From: Fimbriimonadia bacterium | GTDB lineage: Bacteria > Armatimonadota > Fimbriimonadia > Fimbriimonadales > JABRVX01 | Length of the DNA: 64,000 nucleotides | Direction: 5' to 3' | Assembly: GCA_041483895.1 (NCBI GenBank) | Contig: JBGPGO010000002.1 | Coordinates: 192,001 to 256,000 of the forward strand | Shown: piece after piece, positions 46,381 through 55,331 of the stretch | Layout: each line of letters begins with the position of its first letter | How positions within the stretch are numbered: the stretch's first letter is position 1 | The notes under the pieces: generated by a model | Told to the model about the DNA's origin: nothing | Seen by the model: only the letters and a program-made list of their open reading frames with translations | Databases searched by the model: none | Translations under genes and position numbers: made by a program

Positions 46381-49071
46381 ATGACCGATCCAATCACTTT
46401 TCTTTTTACTGATATTGAAGGAAGCACAGAGCTTTGGGAACTCCATGAAGCGGAGATGAGCCAGGCTCTGGTTCGCCATGACGAGCTTGTCCGCGCGAGC
46501 ATCGAACGGCATGGCGGGCAGGTGTTCAAGACGGTTGGCGATGCGTTCTGCGCGGCCTTCCCCGACCCGATGGCGGGTGCCCTCGCAGCGTGCCAAATCC
46601 AGTGTCAATTGATTGCGGAGGAATGGCCGACGCCGAGGCCCATACGTGTTCGCATGGCGCTGCATTCCGGCGTTGCCGAAGCGAGAGAGAACGACTTTTT
46701 CGGTCCGACGCTCAACCGCATTGCGCGCCTATTGTCGCTGGGCCACGGCGGACAGATCCTTATCTCTTCGCAGGTCGAGCAGGGCATATCGGCCAGTTTG
46801 CCGGAGGGGATGTCGGTGCTCGACCTCGGCCGGCACCGCCTGAAAGATGTCTCCGAACCCGAGCATGTATTCCAGATCATCCACATGGAGCTGCCGTTCG
46901 AGTTCCCGCCGCTGCGTTCGCTGTCTGTTCTGCTCAACAATCTGCCACCGCAACTGACATCGTTCGTCGGCCGCGCGGCGGAATTGGAGCGGATCCAGGA
47001 GCTGCTCCGGTCCAACCGCCTCTTGACACTGATCGGGTCGGGAGGATGCGGAAAAACCCGTTTGGCGCTGCAAGCGGCGTTGGATCATTTTGATCGGTAC
47101 CCACAAGGAGTATGGCTGGTTGAGCTTGCGCCGCTTTCGGATGAGGGGCTGATTGGGCAGACGGTTGCTTCCGCGCTCCGCTTGCGTTTGGACCCGTCGG
47201 TCTCCCCTATCGCAAAGGTGATCGAGAGTCTTCAGGGAGGGCCGGCGCTGCTGCTCCTCGATAACTGCGAACATCTGTTGTCCGGATGCGCCCACCTGGC
47301 TGTTGCTCTGCTGCAAGGATGCCCGGACCTAAAGATAATGGCGACAAGCCGCGAGCCGATCCATGTGCCTGGCGAGCAGACATGGCGAGTCCCGTCTCTC
47401 GCCTCGCCGGACCCTGACGGTTCCGACGATCCGGCCGTCGTTGGAGAATTCGAATCCGTTCGTCTCTTCGTGGATCGGGCCATTCTGCACAAGCCGGGAT
47501 TTGCGGTTGATAGCCAAAACGCAAAGGCCGTCGCGCAGATATGCCATCGCTTGAACGGGATTCCGCTTGCCATCGAATTGGCCGCAGCCAGATCGAATGT
47601 GCTAAATCCGGAGCAGATCGCCTCGCGATTGGACGATCAGTTTCGTCTCCTGACCGGCGGGAATCGGGCCGCCCTTCCCCGACAGCAGACGCTGCGGGCC
47701 ACCATCGACTGGAGCTACGATCTGTTGGAATCGGAAGATCGTGTCTTGTTGGACCGTCTGTCGATCTTCCGAGGCGGGTGGGTGGTGGAAGCCGCGGAAC
47801 AAGTGTGTGCCGGCGGACCCATCGACGAATTCGACGTTCTCGATCGTCTTTCGCACCTCGTGGACAAATCGCTGGTGGCGGTGGAAGATTTCGACAACTC
47901 GCCGCGCTACTCGCTGCTGGACTCCATTCGCTCTTATGCCCGGGAGAAATTGGAAGCGACCGATGGCGTGGGAGAGGTGACGGAGCGGCACGCAGGGTGG
48001 TCGGTCGATTTGGCGGAGGAGGGGAGGAAGCGGCTGGAGGGACCGGATCAACCGGCATGGATGCGGCGGCTGGAACGAGAGAGCGGCAACGTTCGCGCGG
48101 CCCTTGACTACCTTACTTCTCACGAAGGCCGGGCGGAGGATGCGCTGCGGCTCGCCACCGGCCTAACTCGTTTTTGGTACGTTCGCGGTCAATTTGAAGA
48201 GGGCGCCGGTTGGCTGGAAAAGGGACTCCGTAGTGGGGATTCGGTGCCGTCCGAGCTGCGGGCGACGGCGTTGTACGCGGCGGGAATATGCGCGAACGAG
48301 ATGGGTAAATACCAAGATTCTATGGAGAAACTTAGACAAAGCATGGACATTCATCGCGCGGACGGCAACCTGCTCGGTGTAGCCAATGCGCTCAATGCCA
48401 TGGGGATCGTTAGCCATCAGACTGGGCAGTATGTACAGGCCAAGTCTTTCTATGAAGAGGCGCTGGAGATCAATCGGGAGCTTGGGAATCGGTCCTCGGA
48501 GGCGAGGGTTTTGAACAATCTTGGCATCGTCGCGAACAGCCTCGGCGACCGCGCGCTCGCCAGGTCTCTCTATGAGGAGGCGCTCAAGGTCAGCCGGGAG
48601 CTTGGCAATCGGTCCGAGGAGGGCCTCAACCTCAATAATCTTGGGAACGTGCTATTCGCCCAGGAGGACTTGGACGGTGCGGAGGACCTTTTCCGGCAGG
48701 CGCTGGAGATCAGCCGAGAGGTCAGCAGCCGGGCAGGGGAGGCTCTCAACCTGAACAATCTCGGCCAGGTGCTCCATCGAAAGGGGGATACGGAAGAAGC
48801 GCAAAAATGCCTACTCGACAGCTTGGCGATTCGACGCGAACAGGGGGATCGGTTGGGCATGGCGTTCACGTTCGAGGGACTGGCGCGCGTGGCGGCATCG
48901 GAGGAGGAGCCGGAGGACGCCGTCGGCTATCTCGCTGCGGCTGCTTCGTTGCGCGCGGAAATCGGCTCGCCATTGGCGCCCGCGGACCAAAGAGAATTGG
49001 ACGATCTGATTGCGGCGCTGAAAAGTGAGATGGGCCAGCCAGCGTTTGATGCCGCTTGGGAGCGGGGCTGA
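46381..49071 (+). CDS. Class III adenylate cyclase + STAND/NB-ARC-like ATPase + TPR protein
   Basis: 'TDIEGST', 'KTVGDA', 'NR.ARL'; 'NNLP..LTSFVGR', 'GSGGCGKTRLA', 'LDNCEH', 'GIPLAIELAA'; TPRs. Confidence 0.92.
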   Translation: MTDPITFLFTDIEGSTELWELHEAEMSQALVRHDELVRASIERHGGQVFKTVGDAFCAAFPDPMAGALAACQIQCQLIAEEWPTPRPIRVRMALHSGVAEARENDFFGPTLNRIARLLSLGHGGQILISSQVEQGISASLPEGMSVLDLGRHRLKDVSEPEHVFQIIHMELPFEFPPLRSLSVLLNNLPPQLTSFVGRAAELERIQELLRSNRLLTLIGSGGCGKTRLALQAALDHFDRYPQGVWLVELAPLSDEGLIGQTVASALRLRLDPSVSPIAKVIESLQGGPALLLLDNCEHLLSGCAHLAVALLQGCPDLKIMATSREPIHVPGEQTWRVPSLASPDPDGSDDPAVVGEFESVRLFVDRAILHKPGFAVDSQNAKAVAQICHRLNGIPLAIELAAARSNVLNPEQIASRLDDQFRLLTGGNRAALPRQQTLRATIDWSYDLLESEDRVLLDRLSIFRGGWVVEAAEQVCAGGPIDEFDVLDRLSHLVDKSLVAVEDFDNSPRYSLLDSIRSYAREKLEATDGVGEVTERHAGWSVDLAEEGRKRLEGPDQPAWMRRLERESGNVRAALDYLTSHEGRAEDALRLATGLTRFWYVRGQFEEGAGWLEKGLRSGDSVPSELRATALYAAGICANEMGKYQDSMEKLRQSMDIHRADGNLLGVANALNAMGIVSHQTGQYVQAKSFYEEALEINRELGNRSSEARVLNNLGIVANSLGDRALARSLYEEALKVSRELGNRSEEGLNLNNLGNVLFAQEDLDGAEDLFRQALEISREVSSRAGEALNLNNLGQVLHRKGDTEEAQKCLLDSLAIRREQGDRLGMAFTFEGLARVAASEEEPEDAVGYLAAAASLRAEIGSPLAPADQRELDDLIAALKSEMGQPAFDAAWERG

Positions 49072-49077
49072 ACCGAT

Positions 49078-49108
49078 AAAAAACCCGCCGGGAAGCCCGG
49101 CGGATTTT
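49078..49108. terminator. Bidirectional terminator
   Basis: A-run + CCGCCGGG-AAG-CCCGGCGG + T-run between convergent genes. Confidence 0.8.
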
Positions 49109-49129
49109 GATTTCAACGCCAATAGCCGC

Positions 49130-49570
49130 TTACCCATGTATCATAGCCGGTTCCGACGTTGCTTTGAGCGTCGATGCAACGAGCAACGGATCGTCGCAGC
49201 AGGATGCCAAGTCGTCCAGGGTGAGAAGCCCCGTCAACTTGCCATCGTCGTCAACGACAATGAGACGGCGGATTTGTCGCTGCCTCATGATTTCTGCCGC
49301 GTGAATGAGGTCCTTATGCTGATTGATCGTGGCGACGGAGGTCGTCATAAACTCTCGGACCGGCAGCCTGTCCAAACTCTGTCCGGCAGGAATCGCACGG
49401 ACCGCGATATCTCTGTCGGTGATCATTCCGAGTGGATAGCCATACTCACAGATAGGAATGCAGCCGACGTTGTGATTGCGCATCTCCTCGGCCACCTCGC
49501 GGATATTCGCGCTGGGCGGCAAGGTGTTCACGTTGCGACTCATGGCTCGTGTTACTTCCATCTCCCTCAC
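49130..49570 (-). CDS. CBS-pair domain protein (paralogue of 5512-5991)
   Basis: 'NVGCIPICE...GMITDRDI', 'RQIRRL.VVDDDG.L.G'. Start may instead be the ATG at 49561. Confidence 0.88.
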   Translation of the reverse strand: MREMEVTRAMSRNVNTLPPSANIREVAEEMRNHNVGCIPICEYGYPLGMITDRDIAVRAIPAGQSLDRLPVREFMTTSVATINQHKDLIHAAEIMRQRQIRRLIVVDDDGKLTGLLTLDDLASCCDDPLLVASTLKATSEPAMIHG

Positions 49571-49725
49571 TTCTCCTTCAAGATCATCTAGCTATAAGCT
49601 AGCATATTCGATAAGACGGCTCGTTGCAAGTCGGTGTTCCTTATGTAATTAGAATCAATGACAGGCGAACGCTGTCAGGAAGTGTCCACAATTACTTTCG
49701 GGACTGCGAGAAATCAGGTGCGATC

Positions 49726-50364
49726 ATGAGTGATATTACTATTTTCGTCAAGGAGGCCCTGACGGCGGGCCGAAGCCGGGACGACGTGCGGCGGGTCCTC
49801 GCTGAAGCGGGATGGCCGGCAGACGAGATTGAAGACGGCTTGCGAAGATACGCGGAGATCGACTTTCCGATCCCCGTTCCAAGGCGAATCCACTCCGGAT
49901 CCGCGCGCGACGCCTTTCTTTACCTGGTTACCTATGCCGCCCTCTATGCCAGCAGCATCGCGCTTGGGGCGCTGACATTCGGCATCGTCGATCACTACTT
50001 CCCGGATCCCGTTTATGCGCAATATCAAGGGGGATACGAATCTGAGGGGCTGCGGTGGAATATCGCCACCTTGATTGTCGCGTTCCCGCTGTATTTGGGA
50101 TTGACCCGAATGCACCTCCGCTCCTACGCCACAGACCCGGAGCGCCGAACATCCGCCGTGCGACGGTGGCTGACATATTTGACACTGTTTGTTGCCGCCA
50201 CCGTGATTCTGGGGACCCTGATCGCGCTCGTTGGGGGAGTGCTTGGCGGCGAGCTGGCAGTTCGGTTTCTCCTGAAGACGGGAACAGTCTTGGCGTTATC
50301 AGGCGCGGTCTTTGTCTATTATCTCTGGGAGATGAAGACGGCCGATAGGGGCGTGGCGCAATGA
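49726..50364 (+). CDS. DUF5671-like membrane protein
   Basis: 'L..AGW', 'SARDAFLYL', 'A.LIVAFP.Y', 'RRWLTYLTLFVA', 'GEL..RFLLK'. Confidence 0.75.
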   Translation: MSDITIFVKEALTAGRSRDDVRRVLAEAGWPADEIEDGLRRYAEIDFPIPVPRRIHSGSARDAFLYLVTYAALYASSIALGALTFGIVDHYFPDPVYAQYQGGYESEGLRWNIATLIVAFPLYLGLTRMHLRSYATDPERRTSAVRRWLTYLTLFVAATVILGTLIALVGGVLGGELAVRFLLKTGTVLALSGAVFVYYLWEMKTADRGVAQ

Positions 50365-50795
50365 TCGATGCACATCGTCGCCGCGCAAGTCTTACCGGAT
50401 GGCTCGTGACCATCGTCGTCGTGGCAGTTCTCGTGGCAGCGCTCCTGATTGTGGGTTCTCCCATGGAGGCCCGGAGGGAGGCTGCGGATCGAGAACGCGC
50501 CTCCGACCTGAATTCGCTATCTTGGAGGCTTGAATCCTACTTTACTAGGAACAAATCGCTGCCCAGCGACCTTAAGAAACTCGAAAGCCAGGAATATTAC
50601 GTCGACCCGTTTCACGATCCGGTCACTGGCCGGCCCTATGAATATCGAACCCTGGATGCCAAGACCTACGAAGTTTGCGCCAACTTCGAAACCGACACGA
50701 CCGGGAAGGGCCGACGAGGTATGGACGGGGAGTTTGGCGTCCACGCCAAAGGTCGCGTGTGCTTTAAGCGCACTGTCGGCACGACCAAACCGTGA
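50361..50795 (+). CDS. Single-TM pilin-like hypothetical protein, partner of the DUF5671-like gene
   Basis: 'GSP..AR...D..R..DL', 'DP.TG.PYEY', 'YEVCA.F'; ATGA overlap. Confidence 0.72.
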   Translation: MIDAHRRRASLTGWLVTIVVVAVLVAALLIVGSPMEARREAADRERASDLNSLSWRLESYFTRNKSLPSDLKKLESQEYYVDPFHDPVTGRPYEYRTLDAKTYEVCANFETDTTGKGRRGMDGEFGVHAKGRVCFKRTVGTTKP

Positions 50796-50938
50796 GCAAC
50801 TCGGCTCACGGACGAGGATCATTGACATTGTCTCGGCTGACGAACTGAAACTCTGATGGCGCGACAGATATGGTTCGGTTGGGTGGCCGCGTCAGGAGAG
50901 GTCGAGGTCTACACGATCGTTTACCTCAGATCTCGCCG

Positions 50939-52219
50939 CTATACTGTCTCCATCGTGCGGATATTTTCTGAAATCGAGCAGGCCAGTTCGATGGATTTCT
51001 TAGCGAGTATTCGAGGGATAAGCGGACGTCTTACGCGGGCTAAGAGAAGGAGTCCTGTGAAAAGCATGGCCACATTGCCGGGCTCCGGTACCGGCGAAGT
51101 GAGCCAGATGTCGTACTCGCCCGTTTTTCGCTTGCCTGCCCAAAGTAGTTCACTGGCGTTGTTCAGGCTCAGCGCTTGGAAATTGCTATATGTCGTTCCT
51201 GTCACGGACGTCAGTTCGTAGTCGTTCAGAAAGAGCCGATCCAGTCCCGAAATGGGGATGAGTGACCATGCGACGTCTCCCCGATCATCCAACAGTTTGC
51301 CGAGCGACGTATCGCTGGAAGCGAGCAGATTGCGATACAGCATCTGATTGTCCAGGTACATCCTTGTGCGGACGCCGTCGGGCGTGGGATACCCAGGCCA
51401 CAGAACGTGGCCGGCATTGTTAATGGACACGATTCCCTCGTTCCTACCGTTCCCGTCCAGATCAACGTACCCGTTCGGTCCAAGCGTAGCCCCGGTGAGA
51501 TCGTAATCGCCCAAGAAAAGATGAGTTCGGTTCGGATCTGATGGCCTTGTTGCGGTCCAAAGAAGTTGCGCTGAGTCGTTGATGTCGATGCGGCGGCCGT
51601 CCCACTGCCACTCGCCCAGGTTGTACTGGCGATTGATCGGAACGCCTTCCAGCCACAGATCGGGCGTCGTCGCGCCGGGCGCGTAACCGCCCCAGAGCAA
51701 GCGGCCATCGGAGGTCATGTCGATCCCCGCGTCCTGCAAGCCGTCGGTCCAGTTCGTCGAATATTCGACGCCGTTCTTATAGACGACCGACCCGGGGTTG
51801 CCATAGTTCGTCCAGGACGTGACGCCATTCGGTGAGAGCTTAGGTCTCAAGCCGTACCACAAATTGGGATCTCCCCACGTGGGATTTACCACTTCACCGT
51901 TGTAAACGACCCGCGCCTCATCGAATTGAGACTCCTTGTAAGCCACCCCCATCCAGTTCCCATCGTTGTCGAGACCCTCCGCTCCGAACATGATCACGTT
52001 TCCGTACCTGTAGGGGATATTCACCCCGTCCTTGATGAAGACAAATGACTCAGAGCCCTTAAGGGGCACGCCGCCGATAAAATAATGTCCGTTGTCGGTG
52101 ATGACCCCGCCGGATGGAAAGCTGAGATCATCAAGCATGAGCTTGTGAGCATACTTCTGCCCGAAGCCTCCCACGCCCAGGAGTAGTACGTAAAGCAAAA
52201 CAAGATATCTACGTGCCAC
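50939..52219 (-). CDS. PEP-CTERM protein with beta-propeller-like repeats (related to 42123-43430)
   Basis: Signal peptide; repeats 'IN..G.LLW.G...L.L...'; 'SPVPEP' + TM + RR, then an extended tail. Confidence 0.8.
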   Translation of the reverse strand: MARRYLVLLYVLLLGVGGFGQKYAHKLMLDDLSFPSGGVITDNGHYFIGGVPLKGSESFVFIKDGVNIPYRYGNVIMFGAEGLDNDGNWMGVAYKESQFDEARVVYNGEVVNPTWGDPNLWYGLRPKLSPNGVTSWTNYGNPGSVVYKNGVEYSTNWTDGLQDAGIDMTSDGRLLWGGYAPGATTPDLWLEGVPINRQYNLGEWQWDGRRIDINDSAQLLWTATRPSDPNRTHLFLGDYDLTGATLGPNGYVDLDGNGRNEGIVSINNAGHVLWPGYPTPDGVRTRMYLDNQMLYRNLLASSDTSLGKLLDDRGDVAWSLIPISGLDRLFLNDYELTSVTGTTYSNFQALSLNNASELLWAGKRKTGEYDIWLTSPVPEPGNVAMLFTGLLLLARVRRPLIPRILAKKSIELACSISENIRTMETV

Positions 52220-52890
52220 CGCTTATCGCATCCTTTAACGTCTGCTCATGCCCGTACAGGGTCGTGGTATCCCAGCCCCCGATGAGGAATAGTTTCAGCC
52301 CGATGCCGGAGTTCGCCGGCGGGTTGAGACGCTTCTTTAGATAATTATACAACGAGCCATAGGGAATCGCCCATGCGGGACTGCTGCCAGTAGTACCAGT
52401 CTTTTGGGTGAATACCGGTGGGCCGTTCCCCCAGGAAACGGACACGTCTGCAGCCTCGGCATTTGTGCCGAAGCCCGGAAGACCGTCAGTCAACAGCCCC
52501 CAGCCATGCTGCTGTTCCCCAATCGATTGCGCGGCAGGCTCAATGAACACCGAGTTGACCCATGCGCCCACTCCGAAATCATGGGTGGTCGGACCGGTTT
52601 GCCAGGTTGGGTAGAAAAGATCCTGCATAAAGTCCCTGGTTGCGGAGGTGAAGTCCATCCACCGATGACGAATCCACCATTGATCGTATTTCCCCTGCGA
52701 GGTAGGGTTCCAGCCTACCACCAGTTGATCGCTCTGGCCATCCCCAACTCCCGGCCATTGTTACATCGTGTTGAACATCGTCCAAGTTGTGCCGGTGTAA
52801 ACAAGGCGGCCAGGGATGTCCGTTCGTCCTTCCCAGGGAGAATCGGTGATATCTGACGCGGGATCGATCCAGTCATGAGCCGCCGAATGA
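52209..52890 (-). pseudogene. 5'-truncated hypothetical gene with an in-frame TAA at 52761-52763
   Basis: One frame reads '...TTWTMFNTM*QWPGVGDGQSDQLVVGWNPT...' through to 52209; no proper start. Confidence 0.6.
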
Positions 52891-53024
52891 ATGTCGCTCG
52901 CCAGGGCCAGGTCGTTCTGCTGCCCTCCAACTGTCTGCACGGAGTCGAGACGCTGGAGGACTCGCTCCTCATCGATGTCCTCAGCCCGCCCGGCCCGATG
53001 GGTGTCGATTCCCAAGGAGAATAG
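52887..53024 (+). pseudogene. C-terminal half of a cupin domain protein
   Basis: 'VARQGQVVLLPSNCLHGVETLEDSLLIDVLSPP' matches cupin motif 2; motif 1 is absent. Confidence 0.65.
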
Positions 53025-53195
53025 GCACAAGCGCCGGTTTCCTTCCTGGATGCCGCTACGGCAGGCCATCATCGCTTGTGGAACGGAATCGAGCCGACCG
53101 TTGTCGTATATTCTGGCCGGTGCCATCCAAGTTCGATGTACACTGGTCGTAGGCCGAAGCCGCCGGGGTATTCGATATTCTTCTGGGGAGATTAA

Positions 53196-55028
53196 ATGAT
53201 GAATCGACACATTCTATCCGCACTCGCACTCATGAGTCTGCTTCTTCCGTTGACGGCGCAAACCAGGCAGCAGAAGCATATTCCGGCAGGACCCCTGGAG
53301 CGGGCTGATATGCCTCCGGCCCAGACGATCTTTCGCGTCTACTCGCCCGGAATGGTGAGCAGCCAGGGCGGGTACACGTCCTATCAGATCAATGTAAATG
53401 CTCTGGGGTTGAACATTGTCAACGATGCCGCAAACGAGCCTTCGATGACGGTCGATCCCACCAATCGAATGAGAATGGCAGTAGGTTGGCGGCAGTTCAA
53501 CAGCATTAATTCAAATTTCCGCCAAGGCGGTTATGCTTATTCAACCGACGGCGGGTTGCATTGGACTTTCCCCGGAGTTCTAGAGAATAACGTTTTTCGC
53601 AGCGACCCGTCTCTGGACACGACCGCAAGCGGCGTCTTCCATTACAACAGCCTAGAAGACACGTTTTACTCCAGCGAATTTCGCTCGCTCAACCACGGCC
53701 AATCCTGGACAAAGCTCGGCCCCGCGATGGGCGGCGACAAGCAGTGGATCACGATCGACAAGACATCAAGCATCGGCGCAGGATTTGTCTATGAATATTG
53801 GAGTACTGCCGGCAATAACTTCAGCGGACGCCAGTTTAGCCGAAGCACGGACGGCGGAACGACATGGATGGATCCAATCAACTTACCGCGCACGCCGGTT
53901 TGGGGAACGATCGATACGGCACCGAATGGGGATCTATATATCGTCGGAACGGATGGCGGCATGCCGTCGCTCAGATTTCTCCGATCGACGAATGCCAAGA
54001 ACGGTGTTGTGACGCCGTCGTTCGATCGGTCGGTCTTCGTCGATATGAACGGCGACCTATCGTATGGCACGATCGTGAACCCGGACGGGCTATCCGGCCA
54101 AGCGTGGATTGCCGCTGATCGAGGCACGGGTCAGTATCGCGGGAATATCTATATTCTGGCTTCCGTCGATAGCAGCCTGGGAAACAACAACCGAATTGAT
54201 GTCAAGCTTCGCCGCAGCACAAATGGCGGTCAGAACTGGCAACCGGTAGTCATGGTGAACGATGACGGATCGGTCAACAACCGCTACCACTGGTTCGGCA
54301 CTCTCTCCGTCGCGCCGAATGGCCGCGTCGATGTTTGCTGGTTGGATTCAAGAAACGATCCATCGAGCGCCACCTCCCAACTCTTTTATACATATTCTAC
54401 TGATGGTGGACAGACGTTTAAACCGAATATCGTCGTTTCGCAGCCGTTCAATTCAACAATAGGATGGCCGCAACAGAATAAGATCGGCGATTACATGGCG
54501 ATGGTGTCGGACGATAACGGCGCGAATATCGTCTATCCCGCAACATTCAACGGCGAACAGGACGTTTACTATGTGCGCGTTCCACAGATCAACACAGCGA
54601 CAGTCAGCGGCAACGTTGATCTGCAGAACTTGGCGATCAGCCCGGCAGGCTTCTCTGCCTCGATCGAATTCCGCACGCCGAGCACTTTGACCGTTCTCTA
54701 CAGCGACACGATATCGCTCGATGGGTCAGGGAACTACTCGATCCCGAACGTACCCGCCGGCACGTATGACGTGGCTGTGAAGTTCTCGAACTGGCTGCGG
54801 CAAGTCATTCCCAGCGTCGTGGTTTCTAGCCCGACGACCACCGGCGTGAACTTCTCGCTGTTGAATGGCGACGCGGATGGCAGCAACCAGGTGGACCTCA
54901 ATGACCTGAACAGGGTCCTCACGAACTTCACGCTCTCGGGGGATGGGGATATAGACTGGGACGGCATCGTTGCACTGCCGGACCTCAACATCGTTCTCGT
55001 GAACTTCGGCCTGAGCGGCGGGAACTAA
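53196..55028 (+). CDS. Secreted BNR/Asp-box (sialidase-like) protein with C-terminal dockerin-like module
   Basis: Asp-boxes 'STDGGLHW', 'STDGGTTW', 'STNGGQNW', 'STDGGQTF'; 'GDY'; C-terminal 'NGDADG.N.VDL.DL'. Confidence 0.85.
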   Translation: MMNRHILSALALMSLLLPLTAQTRQQKHIPAGPLERADMPPAQTIFRVYSPGMVSSQGGYTSYQINVNALGLNIVNDAANEPSMTVDPTNRMRMAVGWRQFNSINSNFRQGGYAYSTDGGLHWTFPGVLENNVFRSDPSLDTTASGVFHYNSLEDTFYSSEFRSLNHGQSWTKLGPAMGGDKQWITIDKTSSIGAGFVYEYWSTAGNNFSGRQFSRSTDGGTTWMDPINLPRTPVWGTIDTAPNGDLYIVGTDGGMPSLRFLRSTNAKNGVVTPSFDRSVFVDMNGDLSYGTIVNPDGLSGQAWIAADRGTGQYRGNIYILASVDSSLGNNNRIDVKLRRSTNGGQNWQPVVMVNDDGSVNNRYHWFGTLSVAPNGRVDVCWLDSRNDPSSATSQLFYTYSTDGGQTFKPNIVVSQPFNSTIGWPQQNKIGDYMAMVSDDNGANIVYPATFNGEQDVYYVRVPQINTATVSGNVDLQNLAISPAGFSASIEFRTPSTLTVLYSDTISLDGSGNYSIPNVPAGTYDVAVKFSNWLRQVIPSVVVSSPTTTGVNFSLLNGDADGSNQVDLNDLNRVLTNFTLSGDGDIDWDGIVALPDLNIVLVNFGLSGGN

Positions 55029-55036
55029 GGACGCAT

Positions 55037-55066
55037 GGGCTCGGCGCTCCCACGCCGGGCCCTTTT
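55037..55066 (+). terminator. Rho-independent terminator
   Basis: GGGCTCGGCG...CGCCGGGCCC-TTTT. Confidence 0.7.
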
Positions 55067-55331
55067 CGTGCCGGAGTTCCAGTACCTCTTCCTCCTCGCC
55101 CGCCCAGCAATTCCGGACCTATCGGTAAGGGCTGTTTACGAAAGGCGCAATCTTCTTGCACCGGCCTGACTCAAGTCCGGCAACAAAGCTCCACCGTCGG
55201 CCTCGTCCGTGGCGTGTATCGGGTCGGGACCACGAGCCGAGTTGTCCCGGTCATGCAAGGCGGAAGGCATTGATGGTCGCCGCAATGGGAGAGAGGACGA
55301 AGCCGTCCGGAATGAGAACCTTATACGCACT

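Noticed and set aside
46381..49071. Cyclase-STAND-TPR protein as an antiphage (Avs/Pycsar-like) system
   Set aside because: The architecture matches the widespread signalling ATPase family, and there is no effector or defence-island context.
25684..52763. Stop-codon reassignment to explain two in-frame TAA codons
   Set aside because: TAA, TAG and TGA all terminate intact genes in this window, RF1 has a normal PAT motif, and both cases lie in otherwise decayed loci.
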